This document shows, piece after piece, positions 26,445-36,859 of a DNA stretch of 64,000 nt (its first letter is position 1; each line of letters begins with the position of its first letter). The DNA is from an uncultured Pseudomonadota bacterium (GTDB taxonomy: Bacteria; Pseudomonadota; Alphaproteobacteria; Rhizobiales; Xanthobacteraceae). Made by a program: the position numbers and the translations under genes. The notes beneath the pieces are model-generated. The model was given only the letters and a program-made list of their open reading frames with translations, was not told the origin of the DNA and made no database searches. The DNA lies in assembly GCA_963697535.1 (NCBI GenBank), contig OY969085.1, forward strand, positions 509,180 to 573,179, given 5' to 3'.

Positions 26445-28214
26445 CTACACCAGCATCTTTCCTTCTTCGGTGATCGCGTCCTCAAGTTTTTCCGCCGCGT
26501 CGCCGAGCAGCATCTCATTATGCGCGCGGCCCGAGGGGATCATCGGGAAGCAGTTCTCCTTGGGATCGACGACGCAATCAAACAACACCGGTCTGTCCAC
26601 CGCGATCATTTCGCGAATGGCGTGATCGAGATCGCCCGGCTTCTCACAGCGAATGCCGACCGCGTGATAGGCTTCGGCCAGTTTGACGAAATCCGGTAAG
26701 GCTTCCGAATAGCTCTGCGAATAGCGCCCGCCGTGCAGCAATTCCTGCCACTGCCGCACCATGCCCATGTACTGGTTGTTGAGAATGAAAATCTTGATCG
26801 GCAGGCGATACTGCACCGCCGTCGACAGTTCCTGCATGGTCATCAACACGGAAGCTTCCCCGGCAATGTCGATGACCAATGAGTTCGGATGCGCGAGCTG
26901 CACCCCGACCGAGGCCGGCAAACCATAGCCCATGGTGCCGAGGCCGCCCGATGTCATCCAGCGGTTCGGTTCGTTGAAGCCGTAGAACTGCGCCGCCCAC
27001 ATCTGGTGCTGGCCGACTTCGGTGGTGATGTAGGTGTCACGATCCTTGGTCAACTCATAAAGCCGCTGAATGGCATATTGCGGCTTGATCACCTCGTTGG
27101 ATTGCCGATAGGCGAGCGACTTGCGCGCGCGCCATTTGTTGATCTGCGCCCACCATGCCGCCGGCGCTTTCTTGTCGGCGTGAAGCGCGTGTTTACGCCA
27201 TAACGACACCATGTCTTCCAGAACGTGAGCGCAATCGCCGACGATGGGAATGTCCACATGGATGTTTTTGTTGATCGAGGACGGATCGATGTCGATATGA
27301 ATCTTCTTCGAACCGGGCGAGAAGGCGTCGATGCGGCCGGTGATGCGATCGTCGAAGCGTGCGCCGACGCAGATCATCACATCGCAGTCGTGCATGGCCA
27401 TATTGGCCTCCAGCGTGCCGTGCATGCCGAGCATGCCGAGCCATTGCGGATCGACGCCGGGATAAGCGCCAAGCCCCATGAGCGTGGACGTGATCGGAAA
27501 TCCGGTCAGCTTGACGAGCTCACGCAATAAATTGCTCGCCGCTTTGCCTGAGTTGACGACACCGCCGCCGGTATAAAAGAGCGGCCGTTTGGCCCGCGCC
27601 ATCATTTCGACCGCTGCCTTGATCTTGTCGATGTCGCCTTTGATTTTCGGCTTATAGCCGGTATGCGCAAATTCCTTCGGCTTCGAATAGAGGCCCTTGG
27701 CGAATTGGATGTCCTTGGGGATATCGACGACGACCGGACCGGGGCGGCCGCTGGCGGCGATATGAAAGGCCTCGTGCAGCACGCGCGGCAAATCCTCGAT
27801 GCGCTTGACCAGGTAATTGTATTTGGTGCAGGGGCGCGTAATGCCGACCGTGTCGCATTCCTGGAAGGCGTCATTGCCGATCAGATGCGTCGGCACTTGC
27901 CCGGTGATGCAAACGATCGGGATTGAATCGCACAGAGCATCGGTGAGGCCCGTCACCGCATTGGTGGCGCCGGGTCCGGAGGTGACCAGCACACAGCCGA
28001 CCTTGCCGGTCGAGCGCGCATAGCCTTCGGCCGCGTGCACCGCGCCCTGTTCATGACGCACGAGGATATGACGCACCGCTTGCTGATGAAACAGCGCATC
28101 GTAAATCGGCAGCACCGCGCCGCCGGGATAACCGAAAATGTGCGCAACGCCCTGGTCGGCGAGCGCCTGGATCACCATTTCCGCGCCGGTCATTTCGCGT
28201 GTCGTGTTCGACAT
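26445..28214 (-). CDS. ilvI: Acetolactate synthase large (catalytic) subunit, ThDP-dependent
   Basis: 'GAEMVIQALADQGVAHIFGYPGGAVLPIYDAL' and 'GGLGTMGYGLPASVG...NNQYMGMVRQWQ' are present. Confidence 0.95.
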   Translation of the reverse strand: MSNTTREMTGAEMVIQALADQGVAHIFGYPGGAVLPIYDALFHQQAVRHILVRHEQGAVHAAEGYARSTGKVGCVLVTSGPGATNAVTGLTDALCDSIPIVCITGQVPTHLIGNDAFQECDTVGITRPCTKYNYLVKRIEDLPRVLHEAFHIAASGRPGPVVVDIPKDIQFAKGLYSKPKEFAHTGYKPKIKGDIDKIKAAVEMMARAKRPLFYTGGGVVNSGKAASNLLRELVKLTGFPITSTLMGLGAYPGVDPQWLGMLGMHGTLEANMAMHDCDVMICVGARFDDRITGRIDAFSPGSKKIHIDIDPSSINKNIHVDIPIVGDCAHVLEDMVSLWRKHALHADKKAPAAWWAQINKWRARKSLAYRQSNEVIKPQYAIQRLYELTKDRDTYITTEVGQHQMWAAQFYGFNEPNRWMTSGGLGTMGYGLPASVGVQLAHPNSLVIDIAGEASVLMTMQELSTAVQYRLPIKIFILNNQYMGMVRQWQELLHGGRYSQSYSEALPDFVKLAEAYHAVGIRCEKPGDLDHAIREMIAVDRPVLFDCVVDPKENCFPMIPSGRAHNEMLLGDAAEKLEDAITEEGKMLV

Positions 28215-28243
28215 GGCTTCTATCTACTCACAATTTCGAGGCC

Positions 28244-28430
28244 GTAGGGTGGGCAAAGGCGCCTCGGTTTGCAGATGTCCGCGGAAGGAGATCGGACAGG
28301 CGCCGTGCCCACCAAAGCACATTTCCAACTTCAACCGGATCGGCTGGTGGGCACGGCGCGGAAACGCGCCTTTGCCCACCCTACGGCTTCGGGCAGCCGC
28401 AATACCCGAGGCGCCTTTGCCCACCCTTCG
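28244..28430. repeat. REP-type inverted repeats (cgtagggtgggcaaaggcgc / gcgcctttgcccaccctacg, plus a third partial copy)
   Basis: 20-bp arms at 28244-28263 and 28365-28384 are reverse complements. A partial copy lies at ~28411-28426. Confidence 0.8.
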
Positions 28431-28445
28431 CTTCGCTGCGCCAGC

Positions 28446-28469
28446 AATAAAAAAGGCCCGTTAAGGGCC
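28446..28469 (-). terminator. Rho-independent terminator-like hairpin + T-run upstream of ilvI (candidate attenuator)
   Basis: The minus strand reads ggcccttaacgggcc followed by ttttttatt. Confidence 0.5.
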
Positions 28470-28499
28470 ATGGTTGGACGCTTCCCTGAGATGCTCTTA

Positions 28500-28609
28500 T
28501 CAAGAGCACCCCGGCCGCGCCCGAACCCATACTAGGGTAATAATATTACTCATTTCCATCTCCATCAGAACTTTCTTTGCTTATAGTGGTGCTGGCGAGA
28601 CAGGTCAAG
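28500..28609 (-). promoter_or_regulatory. Candidate promoter + leader peptide ORF for ilvIH
   Basis: On the minus strand, a CTTGAC -35 (28604-28609) is followed 18 nt later by a TATAAG -10 (28580-28585). Downstream is 'atggagatggaaATGagtaatattattaccctagtatgggtt...tga', encoding M(EMEM)SNIITLVWVRARPGCS, with GGAG 6 nt before the third ATG. Confidence 0.4.
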
Positions 28610-28883
28610 TATTATTCTGCCAGCCATCATTGTTTAGCTAAATGCGGGTTCGTCGGGTCTGGCCTCGGATTTGCTCTTACCAAATAAATTCCAATTGCCC
28701 GGATATTCAACTTCTTCCAAGACGTGAAATTGTTTATCAGTTTTGTTAAGTGATTATCATCGTCCATACACAATGATGGGATTTGGCGATCGTTTAAATT
28801 TCGAGCCGTCAATTTGTTTTAAGATGACCATCAACAGTGCGAGGTCTCGAACTTCGAGCCAATCCAACCGTAATTAGCGCCAC

Positions 28884-29486
28884 ATGAAAAACATTAGATC
28901 CATCTGTTTTTTCTTACTCATCACAGCACTGGCCGCATGTGGGCAGGTTCCGGCGTCGGCGGCAGAGAATGCGCCCATGCCGGCAGTCAGCCGCGAATTG
29001 ACCATCACTCATGGCAACGCCGGCGCAAGGCTGCGCGTGAGCGTGCCGGCTGCTTGGACCGCCGGCACGCTATCATACGTTTTGCGTGACCAATACAACG
29101 AGGCGATTGCCGGCGTGCAATTTACGGTGATCTGCAACGACACGTGCGGCGACAAAGACATCGCAAATATACCGAAGATCATCGCTCAAACTTTCGAAAC
29201 GAGGGCGCGACCGAACGTCAATACCGGAGATCCGGCAATGGAGGCGGTCCGCCTACAGGTCGAACTCATCGAAAAAGGCAATATTTCGGACGGCAAGTTC
29301 GGGGTTGCGCGAGTTAGTAAGCCTGCCGGATTGCAGGGACCCTATCGCGAGCAGCTTTATGCGGTTTGCGTCCGCGCAAAAAAAGGCGCGAAGATCGTGG
29401 CTGCGCAGGCATGGGCGCCGCTGGCTCGCGAGAAAGAGCTGGGCCCGTCAGTCATCAATGCATGCACGACATTTGAGATCCTTTGA
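28884..29486 (+). CDS. Hypothetical lipoprotein
   Basis: Signal peptide with lipobox 'LLITALAAC'. Confidence 0.65.
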   Translation: MKNIRSICFFLLITALAACGQVPASAAENAPMPAVSRELTITHGNAGARLRVSVPAAWTAGTLSYVLRDQYNEAIAGVQFTVICNDTCGDKDIANIPKIIAQTFETRARPNVNTGDPAMEAVRLQVELIEKGNISDGKFGVARVSKPAGLQGPYREQLYAVCVRAKKGAKIVAAQAWAPLAREKELGPSVINACTTFEIL

Positions 29487-29496
29487 CCGAGACAGA

Positions 29497-30426
29497 TTAT
29501 AGATCTTCACTGAGGATTTCATCGATGGCCCCTTTGGCCGTCACCCACCGCCAACCGGGCATTTGGTTGCGAAACCACGTCACCTGCCGCTTGGCATAGC
29601 GGCGCGTGTCCATGATGGCGCCCGCAGTCGCTGCCTCAAGCGATATCTCGCCGCGAAGGTGCCGCATGAGCCAGGGCACGCCATGCGCCTTCATCGCCGG
29701 CAGAGATGGGTCGAGTTGGCGCGCGGCCAGTGCGCGCACTTCCTCCAATGCGCCGCCCGCCAGCATGGCGTTAAAGCGCGCCTCAATGCGGCACACGAGT
29801 GCGGTGCGTTCGCAAGTGATGAACACCTTCACCGCCTTCTTGCCGTCGACCAACGGCGGCAGGCCTTCGCGATGCCAGTCGCTGAGCGAGCGCCCGGTCG
29901 CGCGCACCACTTCCAGCGCGCGCGAAATGCGGGAGCGGTCGTTGATCATGAGGCGTTGGGCGGAGACAGGATCGAGCTGCACCAATTCGGCATGTAACGC
30001 AGCCGCGCCCTCGCGCGCAATCCGTTCGCGCACGTCTTTGCGAATATCGATCGGAATCGGCGGCACCGCTGCTAACCCATGCGTGAGCGCCTTAAAGTAA
30101 AGTCCGGTACCGCCCGCCAGAATGGCGACGCGGCCCTGTGCCGAAATCTCGTGCAGCACCATGCCGATATCGCGACACCAGCGGCCCACCGAATAATTCT
30201 CCTCCGCATCCACGTGGCCGTAAAGCCGGTGCGGCAGGCGCGATTCTTCCTCGGGCGAAGGCCGCGCTGTAACAACACGCAAGTCACGATAGACCTGCAT
30301 AGAGTCGGCATTGACGATCGTGCCGCCGAGCTTCTCGGCGAGTTCAAGCGCCAGCGCCGACTTGCCGCTGGCGGTCGGCCCTGCGATAAGCAGCGCCTTG
30401 ATTGGTTTCGTCTCGCCATGACTCAT
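29497..30426 (-). CDS. miaA: tRNA dimethylallyltransferase
   Basis: '[37 protein letters not shown]' is present. Confidence 0.95.
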   Translation of the reverse strand: MSHGETKPIKALLIAGPTASGKSALALELAEKLGGTIVNADSMQVYRDLRVVTARPSPEEESRLPHRLYGHVDAEENYSVGRWCRDIGMVLHEISAQGRVAILAGGTGLYFKALTHGLAAVPPIPIDIRKDVRERIAREGAAALHAELVQLDPVSAQRLMINDRSRISRALEVVRATGRSLSDWHREGLPPLVDGKKAVKVFITCERTALVCRIEARFNAMLAGGALEEVRALAARQLDPSLPAMKAHGVPWLMRHLRGEISLEAATAGAIMDTRRYAKRQVTWFRNQMPGWRWVTAKGAIDEILSEDL

Positions 30427-31311
30427 ATTGCGACCTTTATTGCCGGCTCCGGCGCGCTTGATCCTGCGCTCATAACAAGCGCTCGAACCATCTTACCAAA
30501 CGCCGGTGATAGAAATTGGCTGGCCGAAGGACTTGCTGCCGACATTCCCTTTACTCCCAATATGCCCGTCGACCAACGCACCCTATCCGAACAGTTGCGC
30601 AGCCTTCTCGGCGCTCCCATTGACGTCGTCGTTCAGGCGTCCACCGGACGGCGCAAGAAGCTCCTTCTCGCCGATATGGATTCCACCATGATCGGCCAGG
30701 AATGTATTGATGAACTCGCCGATTATGTGGGCTTGAAAACCCATGTCGCGCGGATCACCGAACGCGCCATGCGCGGGGACATCGCTTTTGAATCGGCGCT
30801 GCGTGAGCGCATCGCCCTGCTGGAGGGACTGCCGGTCTCGGTCGTTGAGGAAGTCCTACGCGAGCGCATCACGCTGACGCCGGGCGCACGCACGCTCGTC
30901 GCCACCATGCGCGCCAACGGCGCACGCACGTGCCTGGTGTCGGGCGGCTTCACGCATTTTACCGACCGCATCGCCGCGATGATCGGCTTCGACGAGACGC
31001 GGGCCAATCGGCTCACCATAGGTGACGGTAGGCTCGCCGGTTCCGTGGCCGAGCCGGTTTTCGGCCGCCAGGCTAAACGCGATGCGCTTATCGGATTGCG
31101 TGAAGAACTCGGCCTCGCGAAAGAAGAAACCATGGCGATCGGCGACGGCGCCAATGATCTCGACATGATTGCCGAAGCCGGCCTCGGCATTGCCTTTCAC
31201 GCCAAGCCGAAAGTGACGCAAGCCGCGCATGCGCATATCGACTATGCCGATCTCACCGCACTTCTTTATGTGCAGGGATATCGGAAAGACGAGCTCGTCG
31301 AGGCCTCTTAA
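30418..31311 (+). CDS. serB: Phosphoserine phosphatase (HAD family)
   Basis: '[20 protein letters not shown]' (DXDST motif) and '[10 protein letters not shown]' are present. The ATG at 30418 is chosen over the long track ORF. Confidence 0.85.
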   Translation: MTHIATFIAGSGALDPALITSARTILPNAGDRNWLAEGLAADIPFTPNMPVDQRTLSEQLRSLLGAPIDVVVQASTGRRKKLLLADMDSTMIGQECIDELADYVGLKTHVARITERAMRGDIAFESALRERIALLEGLPVSVVEEVLRERITLTPGARTLVATMRANGARTCLVSGGFTHFTDRIAAMIGFDETRANRLTIGDGRLAGSVAEPVFGRQAKRDALIGLREELGLAKEETMAIGDGANDLDMIAEAGLGIAFHAKPKVTQAAHAHIDYADLTALLYVQGYRKDELVEAS

Positions 31312-31313
31312 GA

Positions 31314-32891
31314 TTATTGCAAATTCAATCCGACATAGCTCGGATCGCCGTCCGAAGACAGAACCAGCAACATGACCGATTTTTTACCGGCCTTTTTCAG
31401 TTGCTCAATTCGCTTCTGCAAATCCGCCGCACTTGACACAGCCTGCTGCTGCACCTCGGCAATCACCATTCCCGGCGCCAAATGCTTCTCGGCCGCAATC
31501 GAATTCGGCTCCACGCCGGTGATCAAAACGCCTGTCACATTGTTCTTGATTTGATGTTCGACACGAAGCTTGGGCGTGATATCCGCCAAACCGAGACCGA
31601 GCGCCTTCTTGACGGCGCTCTTGTCGTCTGGGGTCACATTTTTAGGCGAGATGGCCGCCAATTTAACGTCGTCTTGCAGGCGGCCGAGCCTGACCGATTT
31701 CGTCTCTTCTTGGCCCTTGCGAACGATCACGACTGTCACGTCCTTGCCGACGGGGGTGTCGGCGACGATGCGCGGCAGGTCGCGCATTTCTTTCACCGCT
31801 TTGCCGTCGAATTGAACAATGACGTCGCCCGGCTTGAGGCCGGCGGGTTTGGCTGGCCCCTTGTCATCGATGCCGGCCACCAGCGCGCCATGGGCGGGAC
31901 GGATATTAAGACTGTCGGCGATCTCGTCGCTGACTTGCTGAATGCGCACGCCGAGCCAGCCGCGCCGCACTTCTTTGAACCGGCGCAATTGATCGATCAC
32001 GGGCATCACGGTTTTTGACGGTACCGCAAAGCCGATGCCGATCGAGCCGCCCGAGGGGGAGATGATGGCGGTGTTGACCCCGATCACTTCACCACCGAGA
32101 TTGAAAAGCGGTCCGCCCGAATTGCCGCGGTTGATGGCGGCGTCGGTTTGGATATAGTTGTCATAAGGTCCCGATTGGATGTCGCGATCGCGCGCCGAGA
32201 CGATGCCGGCGGTCACCGTGCCGCCAAGACTGAACGGATTGCCGATGGCGATGACCCATTCGCCCAGGCGCAGTCTGTCGGAATCGCCGAATTTCACCGC
32301 CTTGAGCGGTTTGCTGGGATTGACCTTGAGCAGCGCCAGATCGGTTTTGGTATCGCGTCCGACAAGGGTCGCCTTCAAGGTGGTTCCGTCATTGAGAATG
32401 ACACTGACCTCGTCGGCGTCATCGATGACGTGATTGTTCGTCACCACGAGTCCCGACGGATCGATAATGAAGCCGGAACCGAGCGAATTGACGCGGCGGG
32501 CGGGGCCGTTGTTCCGGCCGTTTTCGCCGTCGCGCCCGCTTTGTTTGTTTGGACCGTTATCGTTTGGGCCGCCCTGCTTGTGCCGTTTTTTGAAAAAATC
32601 CTCGAAAAACTCCTCGAACGGCGAGCCCGGCGGCAAATCGGGTAAGGCGCTTGTGTCCATATCCACCGACTGACGCGTCGACACATTGACCACCAAATCG
32701 ATTACCTGTTCCGCAACGTCGGCGATGTTTTCCGGACCACGGGCTTGGGCTGAGGTCGTAAGAGCCGGCCATGCGAGGGTGGCCAAGACGAGCGCCAAGC
32801 TCGCGTGAATGGCTGATCGCAGCGGATGAAAAAGGGCGCCCATGGGCATCATATCTCCTGCAAAGGGCCTGCCGCAAAATGGCACTCGCAT
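31314..32891 (-). CDS. degP: DegP/HtrA (Do-family) periplasmic serine protease with two PDZ domains
   Basis: 'GSGFIIDPSGLVVTNNHVI', 'DLALLKV' and 'GNSGGPLFN' form the catalytic triad context. Which of several Met codons is the start is uncertain. Confidence 0.9.
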   Translation of the reverse strand: MRVPFCGRPFAGDMMPMGALFHPLRSAIHASLALVLATLAWPALTTSAQARGPENIADVAEQVIDLVVNVSTRQSVDMDTSALPDLPPGSPFEEFFEDFFKKRHKQGGPNDNGPNKQSGRDGENGRNNGPARRVNSLGSGFIIDPSGLVVTNNHVIDDADEVSVILNDGTTLKATLVGRDTKTDLALLKVNPSKPLKAVKFGDSDRLRLGEWVIAIGNPFSLGGTVTAGIVSARDRDIQSGPYDNYIQTDAAINRGNSGGPLFNLGGEVIGVNTAIISPSGGSIGIGFAVPSKTVMPVIDQLRRFKEVRRGWLGVRIQQVSDEIADSLNIRPAHGALVAGIDDKGPAKPAGLKPGDVIVQFDGKAVKEMRDLPRIVADTPVGKDVTVVIVRKGQEETKSVRLGRLQDDVKLAAISPKNVTPDDKSAVKKALGLGLADITPKLRVEHQIKNNVTGVLITGVEPNSIAAEKHLAPGMVIAEVQQQAVSSAADLQKRIEQLKKAGKKSVMLLVLSSDGDPSYVGLNLQ

Positions 32892-32954
32892 CCCGGCGAT
32901 TCAAGGGCATATCGACTCAATTAACTGCGTCAGACGGGCTACGTTTCCTTCGCC

Positions 32955-33866
32955 TTACTTTGCCGGCGTCGGCACTGCCGCAGCCGGCCCGCCGGACCGG
33001 CCTGTAGGACTGTTGAAGTAGCGGAAGAAATTGCCGTCGGGTTTTAGCAAAAACCGCGTGTCGTTGGTCTTGAGGCCGGTGTCATAAGCCTGCATCGAAC
33101 GGTAGAAAGCGAAGAAATCCCGATCCTGGTTAAAGGCATCGGCAAAGATCTGGTTGCGGATGGCGTCGCCGTCGCCGCGAATTTGCTCGGCCTTCGAGGT
33201 GGCCTCGGCGACCAGCACCGTCACGTCGCGATCGGCGCGCGCGCGGATTTCCTGCCCGCGCTGTTGCCCTTCCGCCCGGTACTCGGCCGCTTCGCGCTGA
33301 CGCTCGGTTTGCATCCGCTGATAAACAGCCTGGCTATTCTTGTCCGGCAGATCGGCGCGCCGAATGCGCGCGTCGACGACCTGAATGCCGTAGGCCTCCG
33401 CCTCGTGATTGATGAGATCGCGAATGCGCGCCATCAACTCGGCGCGCTGATCGCGTACCACTTGAATAAAGGTGACCTCGCCCAGCACGCGGCGCAGCGC
33501 CGAATTGAGCAGAATAGTAAGTTGAGAATCGGCCGTCGCCTTCGACCCCAGCGTTTGATAGAAGCGCAAGGGGTCCCGGATCCGATAACGCGCGAAAGCG
33601 TCGACCAGCAGCCTCTTCTGATCGGAGGCGATGACCTCCTGCACGGCCGTCTCCAAATCGAGAATGCGTTTGTCGATACTGATGACACCATCGACAAAGG
33701 GCGCCTTGGTATGCAATCCCGGCTCGTTGACGACGCGCACCACCTTGCCAAAACGTACCACCAGGGCCTGCTGGGTCTGATAAACGCTAAACAGCGAGGA
33801 ATAGCCCACGACCAGGACGGCAGCCACGACGACGACGATCAGGCCACCCAAAACATTGAATCTCAT
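32955..33866 (-). CDS. hflC: Protease modulator HflC (SPFH/band-7)
   Basis: Band-7 domain. The gene follows hflK with a 4-nt overlap. Confidence 0.85.
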   Translation of the reverse strand: MRFNVLGGLIVVVVAAVLVVGYSSLFSVYQTQQALVVRFGKVVRVVNEPGLHTKAPFVDGVISIDKRILDLETAVQEVIASDQKRLLVDAFARYRIRDPLRFYQTLGSKATADSQLTILLNSALRRVLGEVTFIQVVRDQRAELMARIRDLINHEAEAYGIQVVDARIRRADLPDKNSQAVYQRMQTERQREAAEYRAEGQQRGQEIRARADRDVTVLVAEATSKAEQIRGDGDAIRNQIFADAFNQDRDFFAFYRSMQAYDTGLKTNDTRFLLKPDGNFFRYFNSPTGRSGGPAAAVPTPAK

Positions 33867-35026
33867 GGCCGCTCTCCGATTTGCGTCGATGGGCGCGGTA
33901 CCGACGGGCCCGACTGTTTCGTCAACTGATCAAGCGGCAAATAGGGCACTACGCCAGTGCCGCCGGCGCTGGAATCGAGGATAATCTTATCCGTGCGGCC
34001 CAGCACGCGCTCCATCGTCTCCAAATACATACGCTCGCGGGTCACGTCGGGCGCTTTCTTGTATTCCTCGTAGATCTTCAAGAACCGCGCGGTCTGGCCT
34101 TTGGCCTCGGCCACCGTCTGCGACTTATAGGCTTCCGCCGCTTGCGTAATCTGCGCCACTTTGCCGCGCGCTTGGGGAATGACGCGATTGGCATAGGTCT
34201 GGGACTCATTGACCGAGCGATCCTGGTCGATGCGTGCGGCCTGCACGTCGCGGAAGGCATCGATCACTTGTGCCGGCGGATCGACCTTTTGCAATTGCAC
34301 CTGCTGCACGGTGATGCCGGCGCCGTAATGGTCGAGCGTCTTCTGCATCAGCTCCTGCACCGCCGCTTCAGTGACCTGGCGCGCGCCGGTCAAAATCGGC
34401 TGAATATCGGAATGGCCGATAACCTCACGCATGGCGCTTTCGGCCACCGCCTTCACGGTGCTTTGCGGATTTTGAATATTGAACAAATAGTCATCGACGC
34501 GGGTCGGCTTTATTTTCCACAAGACCGAGAAGTCGACGTCGACGATGTTCTCATCCCCGGTGAGCATGAGGCTCTCTTCCGGCACATCGCGCGTGGCGGC
34601 GCCGTCGCGACGGCTGTCATTGACCACGCTCATGCCGATGTTGATCGTGTTAACACGCAAGACTTTGGGAGTCAGCGCGGTTTCGACGGGATAAGGGAAA
34701 TGATAATTCAAGCCGGGATCCACCTCGCGCACGACTTTACCAAAGCGCAACACGACGCCCCGCTCATCGGGCTCCACGCGAAAGAAACCGGTGGAGGCCC
34801 AGATCGCAACAAGGGCAAGAACCCCCAAGGCAATGCCGCGTCCAGTAACGCCGCCCGGCATAAAGCCGCGTAACTTATCTTGCCCCCGGCGGAGCATCTC
34901 CTCCAGATCGGGTGGCGTTCCACCTGACGGGTTCTGCCCCGGACCCCAAGGCCCTTTGCCGCCCCCAGACGAACCCCAGGGTCCGCCACTTGAGCCGCCG
35001 CCACCGCTTTGATTTGTCCATGGCAT
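33863..35026 (-). CDS. hflK: Protease modulator HflK (SPFH/band-7)
   Basis: Gly-rich N-terminus 'MPWTNQSGGGGSSGGPWG' followed by a band-7 domain. Confidence 0.85.
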   Translation of the reverse strand: MPWTNQSGGGGSSGGPWGSSGGGKGPWGPGQNPSGGTPPDLEEMLRRGQDKLRGFMPGGVTGRGIALGVLALVAIWASTGFFRVEPDERGVVLRFGKVVREVDPGLNYHFPYPVETALTPKVLRVNTINIGMSVVNDSRRDGAATRDVPEESLMLTGDENIVDVDFSVLWKIKPTRVDDYLFNIQNPQSTVKAVAESAMREVIGHSDIQPILTGARQVTEAAVQELMQKTLDHYGAGITVQQVQLQKVDPPAQVIDAFRDVQAARIDQDRSVNESQTYANRVIPQARGKVAQITQAAEAYKSQTVAEAKGQTARFLKIYEEYKKAPDVTRERMYLETMERVLGRTDKIILDSSAGGTGVVPYLPLDQLTKQSGPSVPRPSTQIGERP

Positions 35027-35248
35027 CGATAAACTCTCCCGGCACACGGCCTTGCACACCGAACGCCCTTTGTTCAGCGCAGACTTATAGCGCGGACTTA
35101 TAGGGGAGCCGATGGCCCCTTACAACGCGCCGCCACGCCAACGCGCGCTCATGCCGCGCCGCCTCCCCGCGACGAAAACACCGCCTCGATATGGCAACGG
35201 CGCGCCCGCTTCGCCACCCATGGCCGGCAAAATGCGCGCGGCGCCTTT

Positions 35249-35755
35249 TTACCAACGCCGTTCGTAGGTCACTGTCGTGAAGTCGGTATCATCCTCCAAA
35301 CCACGACGATGAACGATGCGGGCCGTCTCGCGCCACTGATTGGCATCGATGGGCGGAAAACGAACGTCACCCGCGGGCGAAGCATGCACCAAAGTCATCT
35401 CCAGCCGGTCCGCCCGCGCGATGGTGGCGGCGAAGAGATCGCCCCCGCCGATGATCATGATCTCATCGACGCCGCGCTTTTCGGCGTCCTCGCGCGCCAG
35501 CGCCAGCGCTGCATCCAAGCTCGTGGCCATCATGACGCCCGGTACCGCCAGAGTCGAATCGCGCGTCAGCACGATATTGGTTCGATCCGTCAGCGGTTTG
35601 CCAATCGAATCATATGTCTTGCGCCCCATCACGACGGGCCTGTTGATCGTGATCCGGCGGAAATGTTGCAAGTCCGAGCGCAAGCGCCACGGCAAATCGC
35701 CGTCACGACCGATAACGCCGTTCTCGCCGACGGCGGCCACGAGAACCAGTTTCAT
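35249..35755 (-). CDS. folA: Dihydrofolate reductase
   Basis: 'MKLVLVAAVGENGVIGRDGDLPWRLRSDLQHFRRIT..RPVVMGRKTYDSIG' is present. The track N-terminus was trimmed to the Met at 35755. Confidence 0.9.
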   Translation of the reverse strand: MKLVLVAAVGENGVIGRDGDLPWRLRSDLQHFRRITINRPVVMGRKTYDSIGKPLTDRTNIVLTRDSTLAVPGVMMATSLDAALALAREDAEKRGVDEIMIIGGGDLFAATIARADRLEMTLVHASPAGDVRFPPIDANQWRETARIVHRRGLEDDTDFTTVTYERRW

Positions 35756-35834
35756 GTGATCGATCACGACGCCGTTCCTGGACGCGAGAAAATGACAGGT
35801 ACCGCGCCGATCGTCCGCTTGCCAACCCTCATTG

Positions 35835-36629
35835 TCACACCGCCACCTCGGCTTTGATGTGCGGATGCGGGTCGTAATGCTCGACCGTGAAATCCCCGTA
35901 GCGGAAAGCGCCGACATCGCTGACCGCCGGATTGATTCGCATGGTCGGCAGCGGGCGCGGCGCCCGCGTCAGCTGAAGCTTGGCCTGCTCCAAATGATTC
36001 AAATAAAGATGCGCGTCCCCGAATGTGTGAACGAACTCGCCCGGCTTAAAGCCGGTCACTTGCGCCACCATCATCGTCAACAACGCGTATGAGGCGATGT
36101 TAAACGGCACGCCGAGAAAGACATCGGCCGAGCGTTGGTAAAGCTGGCATGAGAGATTGCCGTTCGCCACATAAAATTGAAACAAACAATGACACGGCGG
36201 CAGCGCCATCTTATCGACATCGGCGGGATTCCACGCCGTGACGATCAGCCGCCGCGAATCCGGATGACGCTTGATCATCGTAATGACATGGCCGATCTGA
36301 TCGATTGTTTTGCCGTCCTGCGCCGGCCAGGAACGCCATTGGTGACCGTAAACGGGGCCGAGATCGCCACGCGCGTCGGCCCATTCGTCCCAGATGCGCA
36401 CGCCGTGCTCGTTGAGATATTTGATGTTGGTGTCGCCGGCCAAGAACCAAAGCAATTCGTGAATGATCGACTTCACATGCAGTTTTTTGGTCGTCAGCAG
36501 CGGAAAGCCGGCATTGAGATCAAAACGCATCTGATAGCCGAAGACCGAGCGCGTGCCGGTGCCGGTGCGGTCGTTCTTTTCCACGCCGGTCGCGAGAACG
36601 TGTTGCAACAGATCGAGATATTGGCGCAT
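35835..36629 (-). CDS. thyA: Thymidylate synthase (ThyA type)
   Basis: '[31 protein letters not shown]' and '[13 protein letters not shown]' are present. The upstream extension of the track ORF is a translated repeat. Confidence 0.95.
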   Translation of the reverse strand: MRQYLDLLQHVLATGVEKNDRTGTGTRSVFGYQMRFDLNAGFPLLTTKKLHVKSIIHELLWFLAGDTNIKYLNEHGVRIWDEWADARGDLGPVYGHQWRSWPAQDGKTIDQIGHVITMIKRHPDSRRLIVTAWNPADVDKMALPPCHCLFQFYVANGNLSCQLYQRSADVFLGVPFNIASYALLTMMVAQVTGFKPGEFVHTFGDAHLYLNHLEQAKLQLTRAPRPLPTMRINPAVSDVGAFRYGDFTVEHYDPHPHIKAEVAV

Positions 36630-36640
36630 GGCGTTAACAT

Positions 36641-36830
36641 ATAGCGAATAGCGAATAGCGAATAAATAGCGAATAGCGAAAACAAAATGGCGAGTAGCGA
36701 AGAGCGAATAGTGGTCGCGATGCTTGGCGAGCATTGTTTTCTGATTTCTGATTTCTGATTTCTGATTTCTGACTTCTGTCTTCCGATTTCCGATTCTATT
36801 CGCTACTCCCTGTTCGCTATTCGCCAATCT
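36641..36830. repeat. Microsatellite complex: (ATAGCGA)n heptamers, (TTTCTGAT)n octamers, and an inverted heptamer-like arm
   Basis: Heptamers at 36641-36712, octamers at ~36738-36795, and 'ctattcgctactccctgttcgctattcgcc' (36796-36825), which is roughly the reverse complement of the left arm. Confidence 0.85.
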
Positions 36831-36859
36831 GGACCTGGTTTCATCCAGCGATGGTTCAT

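Noticed and set aside
33183-34873. Plus-strand ORFs of 248 and 330 aa.
   Set aside because: They are antisense to hflC and hflK.
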